A stretch of 64,000 nucleotides of DNA from assembly GCF_009914755.1 (NCBI RefSeq), contig NC_060928.1; one strand, given 5' to 3'. The notes under the pieces are model-generated. The model saw only the letters and a list, made by a program, of their open reading frames with translations, was not told where the DNA came from and ran no database searches. Positions within the stretch are counted from its first letter, which is position 1; the number at the start of each line of letters is the position of its first letter. A program made the translations under genes and the position numbers. Source of the stretch: the human T2T-CHM13v2.0 reference genome, Homo sapiens. Positions 28,349-40,700 of this stretch are shown piece by piece.

Positions 28349-29113
28349 GTGAGTAACTGGTGTTTTTAGCATGCCAAAACTTCAGGATCCATGGGTACCT
28401 TTTTCTACTTTTCATCAGGAGGCAAAATTCATACTGCATTTCACATGTAGAAAGGAATTTGGCCAGATGAATAGAAGAATGGAAGTTTCTCCAAGCAGGG
28501 CCAAGCTTTCATGACCTCAGACAGCATCTCAAATTGTTTGAATGAATAGGCAGAACCAGCCTGTGAAATCATGGGGGAACAGGGTTGCTTAACCAACTAT
28601 CCAAGTAGAAAGAGAGGCCAAAAGTAAAGTACGGTAAGAAAAAGGGGAAGTAGCAATTTCAGGTGAGAAAAATAATAGCTGCAGAATGATAAAGTTACAG
28701 AGTCAAGAGATTTAGGAAGAGATAGTAGTAGGAAGAAGAGAGGATGATTTACAAAAGGGGTGGGGTAAATCACAGAAAATTGCTAGAGAAGAATAGAACA
28801 ATCAAGGTCATAGTACCTAAGAATGCCTGTTTCCTAGGTGAAGAGTTTTTAACACAGAGCTATTGCCCCATATGTACTATTGACTTAATACGAAATTAAG
28901 AAATGTTTTACTTTCAGAAATTGAGGCTAAGTGAGCCAAGGAAAAAGTCATCCATCAAGAACAAAGCAAGATTTCTCAACCATGGCAGGACGTTAGGATC
29001 ATCTGTAGAACTTTAAAATATTGTTTAATTTTTTTCATTTGGTTTCCTTTATAGTTGATTTTGTTTAACTTTGCCAGTGAAATTTAAAAAACAAAAAACA
29101 AAAAACAGCAATG

Positions 29114-29147
<34 letters not shown>

Positions 29148-32100
29148 TTAAAAGCTTAACTCAGAGTCATTACTAGACCTGTGGAAAATCACTGCTAGTT
29201 TTAGTAAATTTTTCTGGAGGGTTTGAACTTCAAGACATCTTTTTTTTTTTTTGGCAACCTCCTTATAATTTTCATTTTGAAATTTTTATGTCATCGCAGA
29301 GCAAAATGTTACTTCAGTATTTCTATCCTGAATCAACACTAATTCCCAGTTCAAATGCTCTCTGCCATTGAGAAAGACATACTGATTTCAAGATCTACAT
29401 GGCTAAACAGTGTTTCAAGTTTCCCACCACTATCAACAGACTGTAGAAAATAGAAAAATACTGACTTAAAATACTGAAAGAAAATTAATGGTTTCTGGGA
29501 AAAGCCTGATATTCAGAAAAAAATAAGATGCTTTGCATGCAAATATTCTTGCTAAAAAATATAATTTTTCAGAAAAATTATAACTTTGCTGCCACATATC
29601 TGATGATGTAGAATTCATATTAAGCATTAAAAAGACACTTAAATTTAAATATCAAGGATTTCCATTTGCAATTCTAAGGTACAGGTAAAATTGTTTTTAG
29701 AATACTCCCATTCTCAAAAGAAAGGACCCAAAACAGCAAGATATTTTCTTATATCAAAAATTTTTAAATTTATTTTTTTATACTTGTAAACATACCCTTC
29801 ACGTATAAAATTGAAGAAATTCCTGATTAGTTGATGCTGAATGTTAACCTATAGATAAAAATAAATACATTTCAGCATTTTAGTACAGTGAGAAGGGGAA
29901 CTGGTATAGAGTTTGAATATAAAAATAGAACACAAAATTCAACCTAATGAATAAATGTGAAACAGGTCACTGTTTTCTGAATCACTTAATTTTGCCATCA
30001 TTCACAAGCTAAACTGGCCATCCTTTACTTGATACTATGTAGACTGTGAATCCCCAGTGACTTTTAAATAAAGAGCTAGTTAGATTAATTTAGTTGAGCA
30101 TCTTCTTGTCCTCACTGAGAATGAACTCCCTCTGCTCACAGGCATCTCATCATCATACAGCTCAACTTTTGTTCCTGTTTCTCTATTTGACCTGATTATT
30201 GTCTTACTTCACTAAACCTAGCTATCTTTCTTTCAAGTATCACATCTTCCATGCAGCTCTTCCAAACCGCCAAACTCTCTTTTCCTCTCTCTTGATCTTA
30301 GTAGCATCACAAAGCCACACCCAATGGGAAAGGAAGGTGGAAAAGCAGCTCCACTGGTGGGTTAGATATGTTTGTTTTTTTATGTTCATCCTGGCAATCA
30401 CACCTGATGACAACACGAACATCATCTGGTGCCTGATAGCTATTCTCCTGCAGAGAAAATAAAGAGAAATATTTCCTATGTGCTGACTATATACAGATAC
30501 TTCCTACATGTCATAATTAATGCACACAAAACCTGTTGGCTAGGGGCCATCCCTTAGATGATGTCTTTATGTTGTATCTTACTAAGTCCCCCATTACAAA
30601 TCAGAAGGAGCATCAAGATGTCTCAATCTCCTACAGAAAAGAAAGGGTCAACATGCCATAAAATCATTGTCATTGGCAAACTTTCTCAAAATTCAATTAG
30701 TCACCATAAGATCATACCACATCACAAACCGGTTATGTGAGAATGCATATTATGGAATAGGCATGTCCAGACAGCATGATACTTAGAATCAGACTTTCCC
30801 AGGCGCCCTACAGAAATTTGTTTTTCTATGTCAAGAATGAATAAAACACATCTGCTTTAAAATTCTTCCAGACCAAAATAGTATTAACATAGCACCTATC
30901 AAATCTGAGAAAAATAACTGACAACAGTTGACAGACATATTAACCATTTATGTTCTAGCAATCTATTTATTCACGTTCCTGACTCTTACATTCTAGAAAG
31001 CAGTATACTCAGTCCTTATAGTCTCTAACATTAAATTTACATTTTATTGTTTGGTCCTCAACTTCTCAAAACACACTCCCAAGAAATCACTTTTGAAGTC
31101 GACTACCACAATTGCTATAAATTAGTAAGCTGGTTTACTCACTGCTCCAACAGCAACTCTGAGGTAAGTTTGGAGCTGAATAAAAGAAACTATAACAACA
31201 CTCATTTTTGCAGACATATTTTCTTTGGCCTTGATTTTCTGTTTACATTTAGCTCAGTTGTTTAAAGTTACTTGTAATTATAAGTTCCCTTATTGCCTAT
31301 GATAGTCATTATATACATAAATTTAATAAATAAATGCTCAGCACTATTATGTTTGTGTAACTGAAGTAATTATTTGTTTATTCTCTGCAATTCTATAAAA
31401 GGAAACATTCTAACACGCAAATCTTACTGTATCACTCCCTGGCTAAAAATCCTCCCGTGACTGCGACTAGATCCAGAATTAAGTCCAAGTTTATAAGTGT
31501 AATTTACCACTGCGTTTATAAAAGTACACAAAGCTCCTGTCTTTCTTTCCTGCTGTCTCAAGAAAGTTCCATCTCTAGACCTATTCTGGATCTTTTAGGA
31601 TGTAGTCATCAGGAGGTTAGACAAAGAAAAGACCAGAGAATGAGAAAGACTTGGAGACATTAAGTAAACTTAATAAAGAGATAAGTGAAAAGGAAAGAGA
31701 GGGAGAAGGGAAAAGATGAGAGCTGAATGTCGCGAAAATACTGAAGGATTAAGAATTTACAGAGGTAGTTTTTAGGTGTTAGAAAATAGGAGGAATAGAA
31801 AATAGAAATTGGATAGAGGAAAGTGAGGATTTTTATATTTTTTGAGAAGTACAATTTTTAAGATTAGAGTTGCTTGATGATTTTTTGATTACTTAGACTG
31901 GGCTTTTTTAGAGGCCCCCCCCATAAAGAAACTGGGCTACGTGGGACTGTGGGATCTATTAGGATTATAGAAGTAAAATGCCCTAATCTTTTTCTCATTT
32001 GGCCACCATGAAAGCACTAATCCTTTTTTCACTGGGCCTCCTTAGCCCATCACACTCGCTCTGGCTCCAATACTTGCTGACAGTTTATAGAGGCCACCAT

Positions 32101-33682
32101 GATTATTCTCACATCCAAGTCACTGCACTTGTCAAATATTGCTCTGTCTACCTAGAGCACTCACAGTCACTCCCTCTTTTAACACTAAAGTCTACAGTTT
32201 CTTCAACAATCAGCTTAGTTATTCTACAGGAAGCCTTTACTCCCACCTCTCTTACATTCTCAGTTAAGATCTGGTAGATACACATACAGGGAACACAGAG
32301 AAAGCACATGTCAGCTTTATCAGTCTGTTTACTTCAGACTCTCTCATTACCCTGAGCTTTATGAGAGCAAGATGGTAAAGAACAATAAAACAACAAACAA
32401 ACAACAACAACAAAAACCAATAGAAAATGATTCATAAAGAAGCTAGTATCTGGTTTATAGTAAAATGACTGGAATTTATATTACCAACAAGTCTTTGAAA
32501 ATGGTAGGGTGTCTATAAAATCTCCAAGAAACCAATCTTCTTAAAAGCAAACTCCCAAAACAATAATGAAAGGAAAACAAAGCTTTGTTTACACAAATAT
32601 CCGAAATTTCATTACCTGAAATTTATTATAAACAGACTTCCAGAAAAGATGGTGGTATGGTAGCAGATATCCAAAATCCTTCCTAGAAACTAAGCCAAAT
32701 CCCAGAGGAAAAATAAGAATAGAGAAAATTCTGCAAAGTTCACATTGGTTGAAGTCCAGTGGTAAATAATGTATCTACTCTAGGTAAGCAAAAACTTTTT
32801 TTTTACATTAGATAACTACCAGAGTCATTAGGAAGCTGAATAAACAAATGCCAAACTAAGTTTTCAGATATGACTGAAAACCACACTGAGCTATGAATAA
32901 AACTGCTGCTCTATAATCGGAAACCTATCTGCAAAACTTGACAGCCACCACCCCATGATCAGGAAACAACCACCAAATTGGGTATTCAGGATAGCATTTG
33001 CCAGCAGAACCAGAAGAATGACCTGTACCTCACTTCTTTCGTTCAAATCTTATGCAAGTGCATTTGAATGGTGAACATGAATCATATTTAGTCCCCTAAC
33101 TTAGAGATTCAAGGAATTAGTGTTCTGTTTTCCAGCTCTTCCATGCAGAAAGACACACTAGAAATAAATTAAAAAATAATAAAACATCAGTACATCAGAT
33201 CATTCACACCATGTGGATGCCTCCTCAACAAGGCATAGTAAAAGCCAGAGGGGATTTTCACCTAGGAATAATGCAGATGACATTAGTTGGGAGGATCTAG
33301 TCAGGAGCATACCCATGATACTCCTTCCCCAAGAGTAGTAAAGGAATATGGGAAAGAACAAGAACAAAACACACACACCCCTCTAAAGTAGAAGGGACCA
33401 GGGGTAGAGATGAGGTTTGTACCATTCAACTTGGTATTCTATCACCAGAACATACAAGGGCTATGCTACCTTATTAAGAATCCTGGCCATACCAAATGGA
33501 AAACCTGCAGTAAAATGTTTTCTGATCTGGCTTATAATTTATGTGGCAAACTTGTCCCTACTGGAAGTACACTCTCCTAGAGTATAAAAGCATTCTACAT
33601 TCCTACCAACAATGTAGGTCTGGCCCTGGTGACATTATATACCTGGAATATAATAAATATGAATGCTAATACATATTAGCAT

Positions 33683-33766
33683 AGCACATACACTAAAATT
33701 AGAATGACACAGAGATTAGCATGGCTCTTCTGCAAGGATGACGCACAAATTCGTGAAGTGCCCTAT
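33683..33766 (+). pseudogene. RNU6: U6 snRNA pseudogene, 5'-truncated
   Basis: agcacatacactaaaattagaatgacacagagattagcatggctcttctgcaaggatgacgcacaaattcgtgaag aligns to U6 from about nt 15 onward. Confidence 0.93.
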
Positions 33767-34157
33767 GAAGAGGGTAGGAGAGACAGTCTTGAGTCCCTGA
33801 GGCCATACATGTCCCATTTCCTGTCAGCAGTTCTATAGTATGGAGAGATAATCTTTGCACTTTGAGGAGGGACAGTGCAGCAACGGGGTGACTTTACATT
33901 TAACTCAATGCTGCATGATCACAGTGGAGAGTAAAGTCATGCTGGGTTTAGCCAGTGTCTGCACATGGAGGGAGCATGTGGATCATACCGAGCCAGAGGG
34001 GAATTGCCTATACTAACAGTTAAAACTTGAGTTATTTGGCAAGCCTCACCACTGTGGGCCAAAGTGCTCCGGGATTTTAGGTAAGCTTGCAAGAAGGTCT
34101 AAGACCCAAGGACTGCAATTCCTAGGCAACTCTTGGTGCTAGGCTGGGATCAGAGCT
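33767..34157 (+). mobile_element. L1M1/L1MA1-3-type 5'UTR fragment
   Basis: agccagaggggaattgcc...ggcaagcctcaccactgtgggccaaagtgctc...caaggactgcaattcctaggcaa. Confidence 0.8.
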
Positions 34158-34407
34158 ACCTCCAACATGGTAACATCTGAGACACAAGGGCACCTGCCTG
34201 AGCTTTGGCAGAGCCCAGAGATAGAAGAGGAAGCAGAGCATGAAGTCAGGGTCCCCTTCTAGAGCTTTTGAGAGAGATTGATGGACCAAGACAGACATCA
34301 AAAGAGGGCTGGCTTCAGCCAAAACGATGAAGCCAGAAGACAAAAATATCCAATGTCTGGAGATGTTTTCCAGGGTAGAAAGTGGGAAGGGGTCTAACAA
34401 TACTCAC

Positions 34408-36320
34408 TTCAGGGCCCTAGGGCATCAAGATAGGGATGTAAAATCTTTGGGAAGAATTGTGGAAAGAGAATCCCAGTAGCTGCTCCCTCCAGAGAGATCC
34501 CACTCCAGCTCAGTGTGGACAATGAGGAGACATCAAAAGAGCCACAGAGGAGCTGGGGGCATCTGAATCCCAGAGACCATGTTGTGAGCCCCTCTATACT
34601 TGTCTCCTGGCCCAGAAGGATAGCAGCTGCAATAAGGGGCTCTCTCTGCTTTACAGTGTGTTTGCCCCTAGGCAAAAGGGGTTGGGGCCTCCTGCAGCCT
34701 CTGCTCTTCCTCCAGGAAGTAGGAACCTTGGAGGTGGGCTGGCAGCATCCCTCCAGAGCTAAGCTGCTTCTGCACAAAGCAGTCCCCAGTGACTGCAGTC
34801 CCGGCCTTACACCCTGGGCATAGAGAAGCACCTTCATATCTCTCACCTGGAAGCACCACTGTTGCCAGGCAATGAAGTCCCAACCTTCTGTATCTCCTGC
34901 TGCAGCTGGACCAGCTCCTTGTCATGGTCATGGTCCTTGATGCTGATGCTGGTGTCTGTAGCCTGGCCTAGGAAAGGCCAGTGGGAGTTCATGTGAGGAT
35001 GTAGAGTTCATATGAGGGGGGTTTCAAGCCTCCAGGCCCCAGGGCTATGTGTTTTGTAAGAAAGGCACTGGTCCCAGCTCTTATCCACACAGGGAACCGT
35101 CTGAGTCTCCAAGTACTCCTATTTCCTTCTTGAGGCAACTCTAGTGCTTCCACAAGACACCACAGTCCACAGATTTGGCCCCCTGGGCTCTCTGGTTGGT
35201 AAAAGAGGAGGGAAAATTGGGCCTGCTCTCAATAAAGAAAATTCATCAAGCCTGCAGTTTTGGAGGACCGAAGTAGACAACCTTTAGAATGTAGATTGTT
35301 ACCTAGCTGTCTCCTGCTAAGCAGGGTAAGTTCCTGGAGAAAAGAAAACATCACCAGCTACTCTCATAAAGAGTTGAAAAAGACCTGTTTGTGTGGCAGG
35401 AGCCTGGCCTGAGGTTTAATCCTGTTTCAACCACATAACAATTCACAGTAGGTCTGTTGAAGGGCGGCTCAAGAGTTCAGCTGCAACCCTGTTTAGCTGT
35501 TTAGCATAATCAACAACTTCTTGAGTTCCTCATTTTCCTTGGAAGCTGCTGCTATCTGCTTCTCAAAGTTTCTCACCACTGTCTAGAACAACTCACTTCT
35601 TTTCTACCAAATGGAAGACAGGTGAGAGAAGAAAATAGTTAAAAAACTAACCCAAGCATGCTAACTCCGTTTTTCCATGCTTTTACTCTCTGGTCTCTCT
35701 CCTTCCTACACACGAGCATCCCCATATTACCTGCTTTGAGTTTTGCCAATTTTACCTGTGGGCTGGCTCCTACGTGACACTTCAGGTTGTTGAGAATGTC
35801 AGCCTGTAGGTGGGAAAAGAGGAGAGGGAAGATGAATGGTGAGGCGCTTGCTCCTGGAAAAGCCTCCCTCAACCCTCCTGATACTCACTTCCCTGGCAAC
35901 TCCTGCATCATCTGCTGTTTCCCGCATTTGCTGCCCCCACTCCTCGAGCTTCTGCAGCTCCCTGTCCTTCTTCTTCGGCTCATAGTCACACTGCACCTTC
36001 TGGCTGATTAACTAGTCTTGCAAACACTTCACCTGGTGGAGTAGAGGGGAGCATTAAACAGGAAAGGCACATGCAGGACCCACAGAGCCGCCAGCAAGGG
36101 GAAATAAATCAGACCCTATGCATGGAAAAAAAGAACAAGACCTTCCACAAACAAGTGAGGCAGTCACAGCCATGGGAGGCAGGCCATCCATCCCTGCCCT
36201 TTAAAGCCAAGGCCTGCTACTCTAACTGTTGCCAAGCTGGGCCCAGGCCACACCACAGCCCCTTGGTCTGTTCCTGGGCCTGTACAGCAGCAATCATTGC
36301 TCACATGTTTGCATCTGGGC
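34408..36320 (-). pseudogene. Unprocessed (intron-containing) pseudogene of an SSX2IP/ADIP-like coiled-coil protein
   Basis: Exons at 36320-~36215, 36032-35889, 35803-35731, 35603-~35447, 35333-35303, 35191-35098, 34967-34847, 34769-34604 and ~34502-34408, most with polypyrimidine-AG acceptors and GT donors. Translations such as KKKDRELQKLEE, ADILN, ENEELKKLL, DHDKELVQLQQEIQ, SYFLEEEQRLQE and AAILLGQE are collinear with SSX2IP. Several stops and frameshifts. Confidence 0.85.
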
Positions 36321-36358
36321 CTGGAGTAGGGCGGGAAAGGAAAGCCATTCTCCCAAGA

Positions 36359-36543
36359 TAGTGGTTCTTAAACATTATTGGGCATCAGTATCACCTGGAG
36401 GGCTTGTTAAATCACACATTGCAGAGCTCACAGTTTCCGATTCAGCAGGTCTGAAGCAGGCCCTGGAATCTCCATTTCTAACAAGTACCCAGGTGATGCT
36501 GATGTGCTGATGCAGAGACCACAATTTGAGAACTGCTGCTCTA
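36359..36543. mobile_element. MER5A (hAT-Charlie)
   Basis: gtggttcttaaac...catcagtatcacctggagggcttgttaaa...tttgagaactgctg. Confidence 0.88.
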
Positions 36544-36711
36544 AGCCTTACCCTGGCTACTTTTAGCCTTCCCAACCTCACTCTTCTAGAGTTTGAGCAC
36601 CCTTTAATGGCAGGAAATGACTCTGGGCACTTACCTTCTTTACATGCCCATTTTATCATCCTAAACTTTCGGGGAGTGATAAGACAGATGCCCACCACCC
36701 GCAGAGACCCC

Positions 36712-36935
36712 TCTGTAGCATGGTTAAGAATGCATAGGATCTGTAACAGAGAGCTGGGTTCAAGTCTTGACTCTTCTACTTACAGGTTAACACCACAGCA
36801 AGTTACTAACCGCTGAACCTCTGCTACCTCATCCATGAGATGGGGATAAAATCCTGCCTCCTAGGTAATACATACCAAGTGCTTTATCTAGTGCCAAGCA
36901 TCAGTGTATGCCTAATCATTGTGAGTTTATTGTTA
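36712..36935 (+). mobile_element. MIR
   Basis: tgtagcatggttaagaatgc...ctgggttcaagtc...caagttactaacc. Confidence 0.75.
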
Positions 36936-36959
36936 GAAGAATCTTTTCAGGCAGATTTA

Positions 36960-37590
36960 TTTGCCTCAGTCTTCTCTTTATTTAATCTATCCAACAGTCC
37001 CATCATGTGTGTCTCAGCCCTCAAGCCCTACCTTTAATACTTGACTCCTTCTGCTTTCATTGCTCAAATTATAGTCCCCATAATCTCTCTCCTAAACTAT
37101 TGCAAGTCTCCTAAATTTTTTTTAAACCCCCTCTTTGCCAAATTCACTTACCACTCTAGCATCCCAAGCCTCTTCCTAAAGCACAGCTAGCATCATGACA
37201 TAACTCTGCTCTGAAAACCTTCAAGGACTTCTCAATATGGTCAGTCTTTCCTTACTATGAGCAAATAAGTGGGGAAGCACTGGTTAGAGGGAGTGTCTCT
37301 CTGCCCTCTCCAGCCAGATCTGCTGATAATCCTACTTTGTTTTAGGAGCAGATGTTAAAAGGCCCTTTCCTCCTTCTGATGCCCTAATATGCATTTTCTC
37401 TCCTTCCCTAAATTTTCATAGTACTTTGTATTGTATCAGTATTATAACAGTGTTCCTTAAATTATAGAGCTGCATGTCATTCTTTAGCCTGGGAGGTCTC
37501 TAAAGCCAGGAACCTGGTTGCATTCCTCTTTATATCCCCTAGAACTCAAACACCATGTTATTAATTCACTTATTTAATAAACAGTGATTC
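36960..37590 (+). mobile_element. L2 remnants
   Basis: catgacataactctgctctgaaaaccttcaa and other decayed L2 3' motifs. Confidence 0.5.
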
Positions 37591-37795
37591 TAAAACTACT
37601 TCAGAAAATATTTTAACATATTTGAGATTCAGAGTGTTTTCTCCTTGTCGTAAAAACCATCCTCCAGCTTGTTTTTTATGCTCCCTTGTTTTCATTTGGT
37701 GCTTTTCATGTTCTGCAGTCACCTTCTAGAAGTCTGAACAAAATCGCAAAGAATGGGCATTCTGGTTCCTGTGCAGCTCTCAAAATAGAGTTCAT

Positions 37796-40700
37796 TTTAC
37801 CAGCCCTGGACCACAGGGGAGCCTGCCTCCCTGAAGAACGAGTCCCAGGCCTGGCAACATTCACCACAAACTGACCGAAGAGCCTTTGGGCCTTGAGTGA
37901 ATATCAGTGGTAGCCTGGCAGTACGTTCCATGAACCTGTGGTAGTGGTGGCCACAGGGTAAGGCTCTTCTGCCTGTGAAAAGGGGAGGAAAGAGTAGGAA
38001 GGACTGTCTTGTGGTTTGAGGGCCAGCTCAACCACAGTAGAATAGAACACTGGGCAGATTTCTAAGGTTGTTTTACTCCAGTCCCTGGCTCTCACATGGC
38101 ATCTCTGGATCTACTTGGACCCTGGGGGAACTCACCACCCTGAACGGAAGGGCTCAAGCCTGACTAGCTTTGCCCCCTGCTGATTGTAGAGCTCTAGGGC
38201 CTTGAGTGAACATAGGCAGTAGCCTGGGAGTGGTTACAGTGAACCTTGAGCGAGTCGAGTCCCTGCACAGTCCCAGTGGTGGTGGCCATAGGGTATTGCA
38301 TCATCCCACCTGCAGCTCCAAATGTCTCAGCACAGAGAGACTCCATCTGAGAGAAAATAAGGGAAAAGAACAAGAGTCTCTGCCTGGTACTCAGATAATT
38401 CTTCCAGATCTTATCCAAGACCATCAAAGCGGTACCTCTATGAGTCTGCAGGAACTACAGTGTTACTGGGCCTGAGGTACCCATTAATGCAGATCTGGCT
38501 TAGATCACAACACTCAAGACCTTTTAAATACCTGGAAATCCTTCCCAAGATGGACAAGTGCAAACAAGCCCAGACTGTGAAGACTACAATAAATACCTCA
38601 CTCTCCAATGCCCAGACACAGAAGAACATTCCCAAGTATCAGGACTACCCAAGAAAACATGACCTCACCAAATGAACCAAATAGGGTACTAGGGAGCAAT
38701 CCTGGAGAAACAGAGATATGTGACCTTCAAAGAATTCAAAACAGAGGTAGGTCACCTTCAGAGAATTCAAAATAGCCATCTTGAGGAGACTCAAAGAAAT
38801 TCAAGATAACATAGAGAAGGAATTCAGAATTCTATCAGATAAATTTAATGAAGAGACTGAAATAATTAAAAATAATCAAGCAGAAATTCTGGAGCTGAAA
38901 AATACAAGTGGCTTACTGGAGAATACATCAGAGTCTTTTAATAGCAGAACTGATAAAGCAGAAGAAAGAATCAGAGAGCTTGAAAACAGGCTACTTGAAA
39001 ATACACAGTCGGGGAGACAAACAAAACAAATAAAAAAACAATGATGCCTACCTACAGGATCCAGAAAATAGACTCAAAAGGACAAAATCTACGAGTTATT
39101 GGCTTTAGAGAGGATATAGAGAAAGAGACAGGTATAGAATATTTATTCAAAAGTATAACAGAGAACCTCCCAAACCTAAAAATACCAATATCCAAGTATA
39201 AGAAGATCATAGAACACCAAGCAGATTTAACCCAAAGAAGATTCATTCAAGGCATTTAATAATCAAACTCCCAAAGGTCAAGGATAAAGAAATAATCCTA
39301 ACAGAAGCAAGAGAAAATAAACAAATAATATAAAATGTAGCTCCAATACATCTGGCAGCAGACTTTTCCATGGAAATCTCATAGGCCAGCAGAAAGTAGT
39401 GTGTCATATTTAAAATTATTAAGAAAAAAAAATTTTACCATAGAATAGTATATATGGTGAAAATATTCTTTAAACATGAAGAATAAATAAAATCCTTCCC
39501 AAACAAAAATTGAGGGATTTCATGACCACCAGGCCTGTCCTACACAAAATGCTAAAGGGAGTTTTTCAATCAGAAAGAAAAGGATGTTAATGAGCAATAG
39601 GAAATCAGCTGAAGATACAAAACTCACTGGTAATGGTAAATGCACAGAAAAATACAGAATATTATAACACGTAACTGTGGTGTGTGAAGTACTTTTATCT
39701 TAAGTAGAAAGACGAAATGATGAGCCAAACAAAATAACTACAACAACCTCAAAGGACATAGATGTATTAAAAAAATTAAACAGAAACAAGAAAAGTTAAA
39801 AAGTGGAAGGATGAAGTTAAAGCATATAGTTATTAGTTGTCCTTTTGCTTCTTAGTTTGTTTATGCAAGCAGTTTTGGGTTGTAAGATAGTATTTGCAAG
39901 TCTCATGGTAATCTCAAATCAAAAAACATACCACATATCCACAAAAAATAAAGAGCAAGAAATTAAATCATACCACCAAAGAAAATCACCTTGACTAAAA
40001 GGAAGACAGGAGAGAAGAAAAAAAGGAAGAGAAGAACACAAAACAAGAAACGACACATTGGCAAAAGTAGGTCAGTCCTTATTTATCAATTATAACAATG
40101 AATGTAAATTAACTAAAGTCTCCAATCAAAAGACACCAAATGGTTGAATAGAGAGAAAAATAAGAGCCATTGATCTGTTTCCTACAATAATCACACCTTC
40201 GCCTAAAAAGACACACATAAGCTGAAAATAAAGCAACTGAAAAAGCTACTCCATGCCAATGGAAACCAAAGAAGATCAAGAATTGCTATACTTATATCAG
40301 AAAAAAATAGATTTCAAGACAAAACTGTAAGAAGGGAACAAGCAGTCCTTTGTAAAATGATAAAGAGTTCAATCCAGCAAGAGGATATTGTAACTATATT
40401 GTAATATATAACTGTAAATATATATAATTGTAAATATGTATGCACCCAACACTGCAGTACCCAGATATACAAAGTATATTAGAACGAATGAGAGCGATAG
40501 ATCTCAATACAATAATAGCTGGAGACTTCAATACCACTCTTTGAGCACTGGGCAGATCTTCCAGATGAAAATCAACAAAGAAACATTGGACCGAATCTGC
40601 ACTATACACCAAATGGACCTAATAGAGATTTACAGAACATTTCATCCAATGGCTGCAGAATACACATTCTTTTCCTCAGCACATGGACCATTCTCAAGGA

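Noticed and set aside
34409-34846. 145-aa minus-strand ORF as a standalone gene
   Set aside because: It reads through introns and frameshifted exons of the ADIP-like pseudogene; only short parts are in the homologous frame.
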